64,000 bases of DNA from Octopus sinensis. Taxonomy: Eukaryota. Position numbers and translations under genes: made by a program. The notes beneath the pieces were generated by a model. The model saw only the letters and a list, made by a program, of their open reading frames with translations, did not search any database and was not told where the DNA came from. Below are positions 13,574 to 26,720 of this stretch, piece by piece (position 1 is the stretch's first letter; the number at the start of each line of letters is the position of its first letter). Location of the stretch: positions 3,224,001-3,288,000 of the forward strand of contig NC_043009.1 of assembly GCF_006345805.1 (NCBI RefSeq), in the 5' to 3' direction.

Positions 13574-14539
13574 CTAAAATATCAGAATTCAATTGGACAA
13601 TTATTGGCTTGCATCAGCAGAAATCAGCTCAATAAATTTCATGAAATGGCCTTAACATATGATATGGATTTTATTATAACTATTTTTTGTATAATGCATT
13701 AACTTATTCTCTTTCCTGTCATTTCGTTTATCAACTTGCGTTCTGAGATGTATTTAATCGTGCACATTCGTAAGCTACTTAGAATATTTTTTTCAAGACA
13801 TGGAATGCAATTTAGTTATACGCATATTGTATAAGTCTAACAGAGTGGATGTGCATATGTTTATGCATGTAGGTTTCTTCTGTTTGTGTGCATGTATTCA
13901 TGTGTCGTGTATGAGTGGGATCCGTGCATGTGTGTAATTTCTAAAAGCATTTATGAGCTTTCAGTGTTAACAACATTTTATGGATTCAGAAGGAAATTTC
14001 TCATATTTTAATGAAATATTCACTAAAATATGATAAAAAAAAAACAAGACATTTTTCTCTAATGGTATAATACGTAGAAATCAGAAAGTATTGTATAAGT
14101 TGTAATGTTTTAATTTCCATATTGTTCAAGCAGAATGGTAATACAAGTAGAAGGAAAAGATCTGATAATTATTTAATAGACTATTCTGATATTGAAAATC
14201 CATGCAACCACAGCAAGTTGATGCCTTTCCAGAGAATATTATTTCAAATTGCATATTTCTTTAACGTTTAGGTGTATTTTTATTCTAATTGTGTAATGAA
14301 TATTTAGAAATTCAACATATGCTGCTACAACAAAAATAACTATGAAATCGATACTAAAATAAGGTTGCTGATATTTGACACATTGTTCGATCTCGTGACA
14401 TTTTGTGTTGCCATCTATTCTGCTAAAACATTGCTTCTCGCATGCATTATCTTATACATTTTTATTGTTAAAACCATTGGATGACGGCGAATTAGAAACA
14501 CCTCCTCGAAGTATTTACTCAAACAAATTCATCCCAAAA

Positions 14540-14677
14540 CTTATTTTAAGCCTAGTTCTGATTCTACCGTTGTCTCTTACCGAACCGCTGTATTGTAGGT
14601 AAACAAACCATCACCGGTTATCAAGCAGTGACGGGTGAGAAATACAACGCAATCACTAACCATCACATGTATGTATG

Positions 14678-14708
<31 letters not shown>

Positions 14709-14879
14709 TCTCTCCATATTTTTTCGTTCTCTCTCGAATTTTTTTCCTTTCATCCCTTCCTGTTGAAGAGCGTAGACTCGAGATATCAAAGACTTTTCCG
14801 TTCTTCCCCAATGTCAAACCGTCAAACTAATACACCTGCTTGTTGTTTCCGCATCTGTCTCCGTCTTTCAAGTTGTTTG

Positions 14880-14941
<62 letters not shown>

Positions 14942-15112
14942 TTTCAATTTCTCTCTACCAAATTTCTTTCATAGAGGTTTGCCTAGCCCATGGCTATCGG
15001 AGAAGAGAGTCTCTCAAGGTGCTGCGCAGTGGGACTGAAACCAAGACCCTCGTGATCAAGAAACTAGCTCCATATCCACGCACCCAAGACTGACTAAGTC
15101 ACTCCTGCGCCT
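14540..15112 (-). mobile_element. Old SINE family A copy split by microsatellites and an insertion
   Basis: Diverged 3' module at about 14540-14640 and head at 14940-15112 ending cactcctgcgcct. Confidence 0.6.
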
Positions 15113-15675
15113 CGGGTAAGGGAATTAGAAAATTTTATAAGCTCAACATTTCTCACAAATGAATCAGATCGTGAGGAAAATAATCATACATAAAAGATAG
15201 AGTGATAAACAGAAAACTAATAGAGGAAGCTTTAGAAAGAAACTGTTTGTTTTTAGTCACATTGTCAATGTAACTATCTGAGCTGATAAAAGAAAGGCGG
15301 ACAATATTCAACTAGAAAACGTTGGTTTAAAATCTCTAACTAAATCTTAATTAGTCTAGACAATGGATATAATGAATACGAATATTTCTTTATTCATCTT
15401 ATTGCGATTGCTATTTCTGTAAACAAAAATAAACGAAAAAAATTCTCTGGAATCTTAAAAGTTATTTTTTCCAGCCTGCAATTTGTACACTTTAAATCCG
15501 AGTAATTAACTCCAGAAGATCTTATTACAGTTTAATTAACATAGCCCGAATTTTGGTGCTAAACATAAAAACACTTCCAATGGTTGGCGGTGCCTATTTA
15601 TTATTTATTTTTTTGGCTTTCATAGATATAAATTTCTTTTAATAGATTCAGCAGAGAAAACTTAATTCAAACAGT

Positions 15676-15708
<33 letters not shown>

Positions 15709-16699
15709 TATGTATATAAGTATATGTGTGAGTGTTAGTGTGTACGATTGTGCGTGTGTGTGTGTGTATGTGTGTGTGTGTGTGCGCGCGAGCGCGTGTG
15801 TGTAGTAGAATCTTGATACACTTCAACAAAATAATTCAGGTCATAATTTATGGATTTGAGAGTAAGTGCGAAGTAATTTGATAATTAGGGCAGCCTACTT
15901 TATATGGAGTAATTAAAACGAAATCATAATTTTGAAAACATGTGTCAGATTAGTTGTTTGGTTGTGAAGATCCCTTCGGATGTACTTTCAGCTCTAATTC
16001 GTTGGCAGAGTACATTAAAGAACTTGCATCTACTTCGACCTCGAGTTGGCCAACAATTTTGAAAAGAATTATGCTAAAATATACAAGTGTAGTCATCTAT
16101 GATAAATATAAAAGTTTCAGTGCGAGGGTACTTGTGTGTTTCCGTCTGTGCTTTTGAACATATGTTTAGAGATAGATAATTCAACTAAACAGACATTTCA
16201 AATAACATACATATATCCATTTTTCCACATTTATTTTTTTAGGAGGCAGTAGCCACGGCGGAAACTGGGCAAAATAAAGATGTAACTAGACGCAATATAT
16301 TGCAAAGTATATTCTAAAAAAATGCTTCAGTAATCTCCCTGCCACTGTAGCCATAAGAAATAATACACAGCAGCGAGCATGGCATTTAACACCATGTTGT
16401 ACCAACGACAATATACAATTCAAGGATATTTTCTATTCTGAAGCCAGGACCACAGATCTTTCTACTTAACTAAATAATCTGAAACTTCGTATGCTGATAG
16501 AGTCTAGCAAAACAAGACACAGGTTGGAACTAGTTTATTTGAGAAAAATCTATTTTATGACTTTAATCGTAGATTAAAACTGCGAATTTTAACCAATCAG
16601 ATTGTTTGTTTTCATGTGTAAAATTTGACTGCATTCTATTAGTGTGACGTAGAAAGCGCTTTTGTGACGTACTAACGTTCGGAAAACTGTAAACAAACA

Positions 16700-16757
16700 C
16701 GGCAGACGAAATACGGCTACGCATTTCGCCCGGCGTGCTAACGTTTCTGCCAGCTCT
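16700..16757 (-). mobile_element. SINE family B head fragment
   Basis: cagacgaaatacggctacgcatttcgcccggcgtgctaacgtttctgccagctc. Confidence 0.8.
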
Positions 16758-16849
16758 TTGCTTTTTTAATATTAAATTTCGGCGAAGTTTCGCTTGTCGT
16801 AGCACAAGTTTTCCGTCGATTTCCGTAAAAAACTTTTATTTTTTTACAT

Positions 16850-17079
16850 AAGTAATGAGAGCGAAAGAGACTAAGAGGAAGCGATTTTATGACGAGGGAA
16901 GTTTGTCTTTGAAACCTTGGCGGGCCTCATTTATAAAAATCAAGTGAAAATATTGTGAATTACCGTACAGTTACGAAGTATCTGCATAGAAGTTGGGATT
17001 CATAAAAGCTCTCGGCGGGCCGCATGAAAACCTATGGCGGGCCGCATGCGGCCCGCGGGCCGTAGTTTGCCCACCCCTG
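16850..17079. mobile_element. hAT (Charlie-like) non-autonomous element end
   Basis: Terminal sequence ...gcatgcggcccgcgggccgtagtttgcccacccctg is the reverse complement of the typical CAGGGGTGGGCAAACT TIR. It is followed by gtctaggg, close to the NTCTAGAN Charlie target preference. The other TIR was not found. Confidence 0.65.
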
Positions 17080-17559
17080 GTCTAGGGGAAGCATTGATGT
17101 ACATGTGTGTGTGTGTGTGTGTTTGATGGGGTGTGGGAGACAGTATGTTGTGTAAGTGAAGTGCTTCTGTTAGTGTGTGTGAAGAGACAGAGAGAATAAT
17201 GTGTGAAAGAGAGAGATAACTGAAATTTTTTACTCGGTGTATGTGTATATGTATGTCTGCATGTATGTGTGTGTGTGTATGTATCTAGGTATGTATGGCC
17301 AATTCATCGTAATTACGATTACGATGAATCGGCTATACATACATACACACACACATACATACACACACACACATACATACACACACACACATACTTACAC
17401 ATACATACACACACACATACATGCAGACATACAGAATGGAAACATTTTCAATTTAATACATGTGGCTTATTAACTAGTTTTAAATATTGTTATTAGAAGG
17501 TGGCTGACTTGTTTACATTTAAGATGTTAAATACGTCACGAAATTGGTGGTCGACACGG

Positions 17560-17768
17560 AGTAAATAAAATAAAGCCGAATGACGGAATATCATTGGTTA
17601 AAATTCTAATTATTAAACAACGTTAAACTTAGAAGTTACAATTCCGTTTTCATTCTGGTTTACAATTAAGTTTACTTTTGACACATTCTACCAGTATACG
17701 AAGTTTCAAATTGTTTGGTTCAGTAGGAAAAATTTGAAAAAACTGGCCTCAAAATAGAAAAGATCCCA
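17560..17768. mobile_element. Degenerate relative of the MITE at 59532-59903
   Basis: acacattctaccagtatacgaagttt is the reverse complement of a MITE-internal segment, and aaaaaactggcctcaaaatagaaaagatccca resembles its TIR. Confidence 0.55.
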
Positions 17769-18349
17769 ATTCAATTGAAAATAATGATAAATAACTTTAT
17801 ACGGTTCTATAACGCCATCATATATTTGATAAACGTTTACAAATAAGAAGGTAAAAATACACTAGAAGAGGTAGTTTTGCGGTTAAACATCTATGATGGA
17901 GGGTTTAGATTGGCATTTTAAGGTATTTCATTTCAATTAAAATGTTAATTATCTATCATAAAATGAAATGAAAACATAGGATATCTAATTTATATAACTA
18001 TCTTACAGTTTGTTATTTTATCTTTGTCTGTGTGTCATTGTCGATATGTGTGGATATATATATATATAAGCATTTTTTGCGCAATGAGATAAAAAACCAA
18101 GGCTGTGTAGATATTAGAACATTTAAATGTAGAAGCCTTCTATCAATAAATGTTCTAATATCTACACAGCTTTGGTTTTTTTTTTTATCTCATTACGTAA
18201 AAAACTCTTATATACACACGCTGATGTATGACCAACGTTGAACCCCTTACTCGCAAAATCACCGAACCTGGAATTTAACTGTGGTCTGTCTGTAGCACTT
18301 ATTCAACATTGAATGACACTTTTGGGGCCCAATGACACCATTACCTCTC

Positions 18350-18824
18350 ATAACTATGTGTATTTATATACACATACATATATACATGTGTATTTGTATA
18401 TAGATGTATGTGTGTATGCATGTATATTTGTGTATGGATGTATGTATATATTATTGTATAGACATGTAGATTTATTTGTGTGTGTATATATTTGTGTATA
18501 TGTGTAGATATGTATGTGTATGTAAGTGTATGTATGTGTATGTATGTGCATGTATGCATATGTGTGTACGTACGTATATGCATGTGTGTATTTATGTAGA
18601 CATATGCGTATATATACTTATATATGCGTATATATATTTATATACACATATGTTTTTATATGTGCATATGTGTTTATATATGCGTGTATATATTTATGTG
18701 TATGTTTGTGTGTACATGTGTATATTTATGTATGTGTTTATATATACATAATTATGTATATGTTTATATGTACATGGGTATATTTATGTATGTATACTTA
18801 TGTGTATTTGTATGTGTATATATA

Positions 18825-18861
<37 letters not shown>

Positions 18862-18942
18862 GTGCGTGTGTGTATGTGGGTGTATGTATATGTATATGTA
18901 TATATATATATATGTGCGTGTGTGTATGTGGGTGTATGTATG

Positions 18943-18985
<43 letters not shown>

Positions 18986-19110
18986 ATATATATATATATA
19001 TATGTATGTATATATGTATATATGTATGTATGTGTATGTACGTATATGTATGTACGTATGCATGTATACATATGTATATTCGCATGTGTATGAATGTGTG
19101 TTTGTTTGTA
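18350..19110. repeat. Compound (TA)/(TG)/(TATG) microsatellite
   Basis: About 760 bp of alternating purine-pyrimidine repeats, the source of several spurious ORFs. Confidence 0.95.
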
Positions 19111-19689
19111 TTTATATTTATTTTATATTTTATATTTTTTATATTTTATTTTTTTATATTTTTTTAATGTTTTTCATGTATATTTATCTATTTATCTATT
19201 TATCTATTTATTCCCTCCACCTAACAAACTGCCTACCTCTTCTTGACCACCAAAAAGCAATTGTCTTCTAATTTACCAAAGAACCCCATCCCATATATCT
19301 GTTGAAATTCTATTCATTTATTCTATTTATTCATTTATTTATTCATTTATTTATTTTCTCACTGATTCTTCTCTTTTCAAAAAACACTCTGGCCTTTTGA
19401 CCACTCCCCTAAGAACAATAGCATGTGACCTGTTTATCTCCTAAATACCAACTTACCCAAAAAACGTCCCCCCTGCCACCACCACTCCATTAAATCTGCC
19501 TAAATGAATAAATACCAGAACTTATTTTGACAGCCAGCTTCCTGAAGATTTCATCTGAATGAAAAAGTTCTAGTCCTGTAGAAGCTCCTTCTATAAAATA
19601 AATTACTTTACTCTGCTATGTATTGAGTACCTTATTTACTGTGGTTTACCCCGACTCAACCCGGGACCTACACAGACACACATATATAT

Positions 19690-19860
19690 TCTTACACTTG
19701 TTTCAGTCATTTGACTGCGACCATGCTGGAGCACCGATTTAGAGGGTTTTAGACAAGGGAATCTGCCCCAGGACTTATTCGATGTAAGCCTAATACTTAT
19801 TGTATCGGTTACTTTTGCTGAACCGCTAGGCTAGGGGAACACAAAAACATACACATGCAC
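19690..19860 (-). mobile_element. SINE family A 3' half
   Basis: cttgtttcagtcatttgactgcgaccatgctggagcaccg...tttgctgaaccgctagg. Confidence 0.85.
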
Positions 19861-20398
19861 GCACGCAAATATATGCATGCTGCAGAGCAGTATATGCCTT
19901 TGTTTTGGCTTTAATATCTCTAACCCCCTGCATGTGTGTGCGTGTGTCTGTACGTGCGCACGTACTTGTATATGTATATGTACATACATACATACATACA
20001 TACATACATCATACATACATACATACATACATACATACATACATACATACATACATACACACGTATACACGCACAGAGGCAAATAGTGTGTGCTTATGAG
20101 TTAGGACTATCCATGGACACTGAGCCAGAAAGATTTCTTTTAGACACAAGTTATGTTGTATATATCTGCTGAATTAGCATGTTTCCACGCATATATGTGC
20201 GTATTTATGTACGTATATATGCATTTATATATGTATCTATGTATGCATGCATGTAAGGAATGCTAATCCGTTAAACATATAAATGAAACAAACTTGCCAA
20301 ATGTCATTCTATTTAAAACACCACCATTCATCTGTGTTGATCTTATATCTAAATTCAAATTATTAGTGTATATATATATATATATATTATATATATAT

Positions 20399-20442
<44 letters not shown>

Positions 20443-20444
20443 TA

Positions 20445-20645
20445 TATTACTTGTTTCAGTCATTTGACAGCGGCCATGCTCGAGCACCGCCTTTTAGTCG
20501 AACTCTACCCCAGAACGTATTCTTTTTAATCCTAGTACTTATTCTGTCGTTCACTTTTGCCGAACCGCTAAGTTACGGGGACCGAACATACCAACATCGG
20601 TCGTGAAGCAATGGTGAAGCGACAAACACAGACACACACAAATAT
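20445..20645 (-). mobile_element. SINE family A 3' half
   Basis: acttgtttcagtcatttgacagcggccatgctcgagcaccgcc...gccgaaccgctaagttacgggg. Confidence 0.85.
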
Positions 20646-21790
20646 ATATATATAAAACCTTTGACTCTGCAACACTGTATATAAATGCTCGACTTGGAAT
20701 GACCAAATTTAAAAATCTGCTGAATCTCACTCATAAGGGAATCTTACATTGCTTATAAACTCTATATTTGGAAAGACCCATTTTAAACTCTGTTGGAATT
20801 TTGAACTTTACACATATGATATTGGATTATTGCATATATACCATGATGCCTAAAAAATGGATTTACAACTTCAATATCCATATATATCTTGCATCTATTT
20901 TCTTTCCTTTACCTCAATCTCTATTTTGTATCACATCTAAACTAACTATAACTTAACGATCCTCCCACACCGTCTTCGATGAAGAGATATAATTAATAAA
21001 TATCCTAGAAACAGCTGTAAGACTTTCTATCTATAAATGCTCCAATATCTACACAGCCTTGGTTGTTTTATCTTATTACTCAAAAAATTCTTGTATACAC
21101 ACACTGACATAGAACCAACGTTGAACCCCTTATTCGCAAAAATTACCGAATCTGACACCGTTGGGTCTCAATGACACCATTATCTCTTATATATATATAT
21201 ATATATATATACGTCGGTCCTCTTTCATTTTCCATCGACTAAATCTAGTCAAAACATTTGGTAGTCCCCAAGCTATACTAGAAGACAATTTATATCTTAT
21301 ATGTTATAAACTACAAACCCAAGAAAGATTGGCATCATCGATGCTGGAATTTATATCATTACGACATTAAGAGGGATAACGAAACATATGCAAGTCTACG
21401 TGGGCTAATCTAGACGCACAAGACCATATGTTGTTTTTCGTCCGGTTTATACATATTCTAGGAAAACGAGTTCTATTTACAGCATGACTCGTATATTATT
21501 TATAAATGCTTTGCCTATACTGTACGATATGTGAGCAAGCAATCTTCCATTTCTTTAGCTGCACTGAGGTTATTAGTAAGGGTAATACTAAACAATGAAT
21601 GTTGATAGGAATGTGCATTTAGTCAACGATTTTATGGGTGCCAATGTGCAGGAGCGCAACTCCATCCTCCAGATCAAAGTGACACAAAGAAAACGTATAT
21701 ATATTCTAGTTTCAGATTTAACGATAAAAACAATGGTTCCGGAACAAATTACATCGATTGAGAATTAAATCCTATTTTTTAAATATTACA

Positions 21791-22409
21791 TCATCATCAT
21801 TATTCGACCGTGGTCCAGACAATGGAATTTACCATGCTACGCCAGACTTCACGGTCCATCATGGCATTACGGAGGTCATGTTGCTGGATGCCTGTATCCC
21901 TGGAGAGTACATCAGGGTAAGAGAGTGTGCGCCCTCTGGTATTGCGAGTAGATGGCTTCCAGAGGAGAAGAGTAGGAATTACTTCTTTTTCAGCTCTACA
22001 ACAATGTCCAGCAAACTGGACTCTCCTACCTTTCACAAGAGATGACACAGGTGGTAGTTTCCCATATATTTGCATTTTGGTTGGATGGCGCTTCCACGAG
22101 AGATTTTGAGCTCTCATAAGGAGGCGAGTGTAGGTTCCATCCAACCGCCTCTCAAGCTTCTTTGATAACGTCCAGGTTTCTGAGCCATATAGTAGAATTG
22201 GTTCGACTGTGGCCTTGAAGATTTCAAGTTTGAAGTCTCTACTTAGATTTGATGACCAGATCTTATGCATGTCATTACAGGCTGACCAGGCCATACCCTT
22301 TCTAGTTAGAAAGTATTTTCCAGATGATGATATGTATGACCCAAGATATTTATAATCAGAAACCATATTTAAGGGCGCATTGTTGAGAGTATGGATGATG
22401 CAATCACTG
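21791..22409 (-). mobile_element. 5'-truncated RTE-like non-LTR retrotransposon (RT C-terminal region), 12-bp TSD
   Basis: Uninterrupted frame ...YKYLGSYISS...FKATVEPILLYGSETWTL...LDGTYTRLLMRA...RRVQFAGHC...DREVWRSMV, typical of the region downstream of RT in RTE-like LINEs. (TGA)n tail. ttaaatattaca is present at both 21779-21790 and 22410-22421. Confidence 0.9.
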
Positions 22410-23379
22410 TTAAATATTACAGTTAGTTCTAATAAACGCAAACACGTTCAAGAAATAATCCTGTCTTCTCTTCAGTGAATGCTTTGAACTGCACTTTGAC
22501 AGTGACCAAATATTGAGGGAACCTCTTTTTTGTCGCCTGATGCGGTAAACAATACAGTTAAATCTTCTTCGAATTGCAGCGTATTTTCTTAAAATGCAAA
22601 GTAGGTTATATTACGCATTTCTCGTTGGTGCTAAAAAGAGCTTAAATGTAATTGGACAAAGGTCAACCTAATCAATTTTAACCTTAGGCTAAAAACCAAC
22701 AACAATAAAGTTTATAACGTTTTTGAGGGACCTGATAATAATTTTAGCTATTTCTACATTTAGAATCATTTAGAATTTTCTAAAAAAAAGGTAGAGAACA
22801 ATTTTAATAACAGAACACAAGAGAATCTACTTAAGTTAATGTTCACTAAATAGATAATACACTTACATTATCTATTTACGTATAATGTTAGGACTAAAGA
22901 AATATAAGAAAAGAGAATCCATAAGAGGAAGTGTGATTAGAGTAGTGTAAACAAGATAATTGTGACATCTGAAATGAACCGGAACAAGAGGGAAATTTTG
23001 TGTCTATGGTTAATTATATTTTTATCATAAAATTCTGTGCATTTAAGATAAGTTAGAAATTGGGAGATAGATAAGAGAAAGAAATACGAAATGAAAGAAA
23101 CATCTAAATAAAAATATAAAAAAATAGAAAGTAGAGAATTTACGAATATATTAAGAGAAACAAACGAAAAGAGAAAACATTAATAAACATAGGAATGAGA
23201 AATGTGGAGAGAGAATGAGAGAGAGAGAGAGAGAGAGACATACGCACGTAGATGTGTAATGATATTAAGGTTATAAGTATAGAAAATACTCCAGGAATAA
23301 ATACAAAATCTAATGCTTTTAACGGGTTATTGGTAGGGTACCTATATTCCGGAGCTGTAAATGTTTTACGAGGTTTATC

Positions 23380-23915
23380 AAGAGTACAACAAACCTTCAG
23401 GAACAAGCGAGTATGGCTTGGCAGCATGATCCCCACTTTTGCTAATTTATCTGTCTATCTCGACGGGAACGCCGTCCGTGCAACGTCGATATTCTTCCCT
23501 GTGTTTATGAAACTTTTGTATCTCTGCCGTAAGGCCTGATTTCCACACCCGCCAGGTTAATTCAATTCGTCCTAAGTCGAAAGACATTTGTTGTTATGTT
23601 CTGTTATTATTTTTATTGTATTTATTATTGTATTTATATTTGTGTAACTTTGTCCGTTTTTGCATACATTCCTGTTTTCTTCCAAGGAATCTAATGCTCT
23701 TAGCTTAGTTTTTATTTGGGGCTGGACGGATTGGAGAAATCTCAAGAATAATCACCCGAAATTGCTGCGATGATAATCTGGTGCTTGACTGAGGATAGAG
23801 GACTTCGAATGACCCGTCCTTGTTTTCTTTGTATCCTCTAACTGGATACTTTGTTGTCTCTTTTTGTATTACCTAGTTGTCGGATGTTTTGCATTATTGT
23901 CCCATTTTGTATTAT
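23380..23915. repeat. Unclassified interspersed repeat (probable retroelement remnant)
   Basis: GC-richer block ending in (TA)n that resembles an abundant cephalopod repeat from memory. There is no second copy in the window. Confidence 0.3.
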
Positions 23916-24054
23916 ATATATATATATAGATATATAAATATACATATTGGTGAAATTAATTAATTTTACCCTCAATTGTTGAAATTATAATTCATCTCTC
24001 TCTATTTGATGCCTCGGATTTTACCGAAAAAGCATAGTGTTTACTGATTTTAAC

Positions 24055-24325
24055 CCACGCTGGTGGAAAGGGGAGAGCAGAAATTCTTCGCTTGCATATT
24101 TGAGTTTGATGGCACTGTTAGTTTCGAGCAGATCTTCAGAAGCGATAAGAAGCCGAAAGGGTATGCTCCCACTTTCAGTGTTTTCAAATCCAAACCAAAG
24201 AGTTCTGAGCTGATGATAGAAATGTCGAGTTGACTAATCTTGAAACGTACGTTCTCAAATAACCTTTGCATTTGATTTTTTAATGTCTTTACCTCCATAC
24301 TTTCGTGAGTTGAATTGAGCAAACA
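24055..24325 (-). CDS. Candidate internal coding exon of unidentified gene (CLLNSTHESMEVK...SPLSTSV)
   Basis: Acceptor cctctctcatatag and 90 open codons in unique AT-rich sequence. The donor G|gttaaa is weak. No homology recognised. Confidence 0.4.
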
Positions 24326-24452
24326 CTATATGAGAGAGGTTTTCTTTAAGTATTAGAAATAGTTTTAAAAAAGTTTTTTTAGCTACTATTTCTATGAGTT
24401 CAGTATGCGGCAAAGTAATTTATTTTACTAAGCCCTTTTATATAATGTATAA

Positions 24453-24540
<88 letters not shown>

Positions 24541-26284
24541 CATATACATATATATACATATACATATATATATACATATATATATACATATATATATATA
24601 TACATATAGATAGATAGATATATACTCCTTCGCCCACCTACTTATCATAGGTCCAGGGTTACATTCAGGATATAAGAGGTAGAGAGAGATTAGGCCGCAA
24701 CATTACTCGATTCGGTATCATTTTTCAGGTCACAGTATATGAAGAGAGTATCCCTTCTTGAGCGCCATAAGGCACTGATCGGTCCAGATCATAACCCACG
24801 ACATTTCGGATTACCAAGCAAACACTCTAAACCACATGACCATTCGCCACACGAACAAGTTTTATATCAGTAAATTTTCAAAATATTGCATTCTCAGACA
24901 ATGAAAGTCCGTTCCTTAGTCCTCGGTGGATTTACCTCAGCAATAAGGAAAAAGATGGAAAAAATATTATCGATTTCTTTTAATTCTCAGAAAGACACCT
25001 GATCCTTATTTTCCAAGATGGTTTTGTTACTTTCTAGAAGCATAAGTCTATTGTTAATGAAAGAATATAAGATATACGATGAAAGCGAATTGCGAAATTC
25101 AGATAGAAGATAAAGATACCAATGGTACTTTATTTTGATTGCAAATAAACCTGTATATTTATGTAGAATGTTCAACTTCTTTTTACCACCACCAATGTTA
25201 AAAAATTGAAGATAATTATATCCTCGCCCATTAATTTAAAGAGGGACGTGGATTCAATTTGCAGACAACGAAGCGTATATCCTTAGGCGCTCCGCGTTCC
25301 ATGAAGTTGTTAATATAAGTAAAAAGAAAACGGAAATAACATTTTAAAAAGTAACCATAATTTGAAGATATATTTTTTTGAGTAAAATTTTGATGAAAAG
25401 TTGAAGAGAAAACACTATAAAGATAAAAAGCTGTGGGAGAGAGAAAGCGAGAAAACATACATACATACATACATGCATCAATACATGTGCTTGCTTATGT
25501 GCGTTTATATCTGTGCATACATGTACGTATGTAATTTTCTATGTGTATATGTATGTTGTATGCATGTATGTATGCATGTAGGTAGGTAGGTAGGTAGGTA
25601 GGTAGGTATGCATGCAGGTAGGTAGGTAGGTAGGTAGGTAAAATATAGGCATAAAGAAGCTATGAAGCTAGAATGAGAAATAAGGAAAGCTATTATGCGT
25701 GGGACCGCGAAAATAAATGAGTAAAGAGGTAAATACAAGACAGGAACCGCTGTGAATGACTCTAGGCTGTTGCACAAACTTCTATAAATATAAGCTTCCT
25801 CAATTATTACTCTGTCGTCTTAAAAGTAGTTAAATATACATAAGAGACCAGTTCTGAATGTACGTGGAAAAAGACTAGAGGTTGGTAAATGTGTGAATAC
25901 CGGTCAAATGTTTTATGCTTCACACACTGAAATATTCTCAGCATATGCGAAGAGACAGGTGATAGGAGAAGGTATGAAATCTAAGGAACGGCATCTGTAA
26001 CACCTATAATTGATAAATGACTAACAAAGTTTTTAGAATTCTTCCAGCTACAGAAAGATACAATTTACAATATTAGAAATAATGGAAACAAAAATTTAAG
26101 TTATTTGTAGAAAAACATTACACATAACTCGCTAATACCAAAAATGGATTTTGGTATTCACAAAAGACCAGTAATTTTAATCTATACGTACCCCTGAGAT
26201 TTTCAGCATTACCAAAAATAACAATAGGGAGTGCTCTACATATATCCCTGCAGAGAATCTGCATCAAATTTTGCCAAAAGCTTA

Positions 26285-26720
26285 CCAAGGATTACGCAAA
26301 CTTTTCAAAATGTTTTCATTGTTCTCGACACAGTCAAGGAGATCTTGTACAACTGAAACTCGAGTGTCGTTTTGGTGAGATGAATGCAGCTTTGGCACAA
26401 ACTTGGCAGACACGTGTCTCATACCTAAATCTTCAGTGGTAATGGACTGAACTGAACCGTAAATAAACTGCACATCCTCTGATAACTCACAGACAGTGAT
26501 TAGACAATTTCCTCTCACAACTGCGCGCACATCTGCAATGTTTTACTCAGGTATGCTGGTTGCGGGTCTCCCAGAACGGTCGTCAATATTGATTTTTTTT
26601 TTTGGAAACGTCAGAACCACTCGTACACATGTGTGCAGCTCATACACTCCTCACCATACACTTTCTGCAACTTTTCGCAGGCCTCCGAACAGGAATCTCC
26701 ATGTAAACTTTCTCTGTCAT
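26285..26720 (-). mobile_element. Mariner transposase relic (N-terminal HTH region)
   Basis: KLQKVYGEECMSCTHVYEWF...DDRSGRP...VRAVVRGNCLITVCELSEDV...EDLGMRHVSAKFVPKL, including the WVPHEL-equivalent motif. Stops and frameshifts are present. Confidence 0.8.

Noticed and set aside
484-16126. Plus-strand exon chain 484-596, 5994-6026, 15990-16126 with compatible phases (SEWNPSN..KEL, faintly BABAM2-like)
   Set aside because: The frames are short, the resemblance is limited to a few residues with wrong spacing, and such chains arise by chance in AT-rich DNA.
23785-23860. CTGAGGA followed by a tagagga/tcctcta stem, a possible hammerhead
   Set aside because: No GAAA or NUH element follows the stem.
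24035-24165. Plus-strand frames giving WWKGES (SH3-like) and KGRAEILRL (GST-like)
   Set aside because: The flanking residues do not fit either fold, one frame hits a stop, and the longer open frame is on the minus strand.
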